Shown: piece after piece, positions 13,244 through 14,116 of the stretch
How the letters are laid out: the number at the start of each line of letters is the position of its first letter
Position numbering within the stretch: position 1 is the stretch's first letter
From: Planctomycetota bacterium
GTDB taxonomy: Bacteria; Planctomycetota; Brocadiia; Brocadiales; Brocadiaceae
Length of the DNA: 14,116 nt
Direction: 5' to 3'
Assembly (NCBI GenBank): GCA_016235875.1
Contig: JACRII010000063.1
Span: forward strand, 1-14,116
The notes under the pieces: model-generated
Seen by the model: the letters and a program-made list of their open reading frames with translations, nothing else
The model's database searches: none
Told to the model about the DNA's origin: nothing
Program-made: the position numbers and the translations under genes

Positions 13244-14116
13244 TTAAACACCTATTAAAACGTCCTCGAATATCTTTAGATTAGCAGTACACAATCTATC
13301 GTCAAATTTAAATCCTTTTTCATTGAAAACAACCAAACAAGCGTACACTACATTAAAATCGTAAAGAATGCCCCTGTTTCGTGAAATTTCATCCAATACC
13401 TTGTCCAAACCAAGCGCTGGTCTATACGGGTGAGGAGACTGCATCGCATCAATAACGTCAGCCACGCCTAGAATTTTTGCTTCCAGGAGAATATCCTTTC
13501 CTGATAAACCTGAAGGATACCCGGAACCGTCAATCCTCTCATGGTGTTGGAGTACGATTTGAGCAACAGGAAGTGGAAATTCTATTTCATTTAATATATC
13601 ATAACCAAGACATGGATGAGTCTTAATCATATTAAATTCATCCTCTGAAAGCTGGTCTAATTTATTTAGAATCTCAGCAGGTATTGAAATTTTGCCAATA
13701 TCGTGAAGAGTAGCGGCTATACTGACTCCTTCAATCCTGTCTTTTGGCAGGCCCATCTCCTCAGCTATGCAGCGAGCAAGTTTAGCCACTCGTTTCTGAT
13801 GTCCTATTGAATAAGAATCTTTCGATTCGATGGCTACTGATAACGTCTGTACGATTCCTCTCATAGATTTTTGTAACTTCTTAACACTTTGTTTAAACTC
13901 TTCTTCCAGTCGTATGCGATTGTTAATTTCCTCCATCAATTCTTCGTTTACCCCCACTAACTTAGCCGTATGTTCAACCACACGTTTTTCTAAAGATTTG
14001 TTAAGCAGCCTCAGTCCTTCTTCAATTTGTTTGCGAGCGGTAATGTCCCTCGCTATCCCCGTAATACCAACTACATGTCCCTTCTCATTTCTCAATGGAA
14101 AATTTTTGTATTCACA
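13244..14116 (-). CDS. PAS-domain / HD-GYP domain protein (putative c-di-GMP phosphodiesterase), N-terminus outside the window
   Basis: The reading frame stays open to the window edge (CEYKNFPLRNEKGHVVGITGIARDITARKQ, the end of a PAS domain). The track's 'M' at 14095 is a TTG. After a coiled-coil linker come HD-GYP signatures: ATLHDIGKISIP and HHERIDGSGYPSGL. Confidence 0.9.
   Translation of the reverse strand, partial: CEYKNFPLRNEKGHVVGITGIARDITARKQIEEGLRLLNKSLEKRVVEHTAKLVGVNEELMEEINNRIRLEEEFKQSVKKLQKSMRGIVQTLSVAIESKDSYSIGHQKRVAKLARCIAEEMGLPKDRIEGVSIAATLHDIGKISIPAEILNKLDQLSEDEFNMIKTHPCLGYDILNEIEFPLPVAQIVLQHHERIDGSGYPSGLSGKDILLEAKILGVADVIDAMQSPHPYRPALGLDKVLDEISRNRGILYDFNVVYACLVVFNEKGFKFDDRLCTANLKIFEDVLIGV

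Overview
All credible genes in this 14.1-kb window are on the minus strand. GC is about 42%, hand-counted on ten 60-nt lines. In transcription order (right to left) the window holds five blocks. (1) A 5'-truncated PAS/HD-GYP c-di-GMP phosphodiesterase, followed by three tightly packed small genes: DUF2325-like, an unknown 122-aa protein, and a 4-Cys zinc-ribbon protein. (2) A near-consensus sigma70-type promoter followed by an acyl-chain cassette. It contains holo-ACP synthase (AcpS), which overlaps a B12-binding radical SAM enzyme by ATGA. It also contains an intact FabF-type ketosynthase (Cys-His-His) and a paralogous ketosynthase with all three catalytic residues replaced (CLF-like). No ACP gene is in the window. 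(3) A compositionally mosaic accessory patch. A ~32% GC gene encodes a minimal class III nucleotidyl-cyclase-like palm protein. A ~50% GC gene encodes a PD-(D/E)xK nuclease-like protein. A 58-aa ORF runs into a MITE-like element. (4) A FapA/DUF342 protein, a GNAT acetyltransferase with a 1-nt frameshift in a homopolymer, and a small membrane-anchored coiled-coil protein built on a 33-bp in-frame tandem repeat. (5) A FadH-like flavoprotein. The spacers hold several short repeat families: GC-rich hairpins, a nested GGTGGATT inverted repeat, and CACRGAT heptamers. I found no rRNA, tRNA, CRISPR array, transposase or integrase. The two best candidates for novel biology are the AcpS/B12-rSAM/KS/dead-KS cassette and the cyclase-like plus nuclease-like pair. 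The cassette resembles gene sets proposed for the unresolved ladderane lipid pathway of anammox bacteria; the taxon cannot be verified here. The pair may be a nucleotide-signalling conflict module. All functional calls come from motif reading by eye, with no database search.
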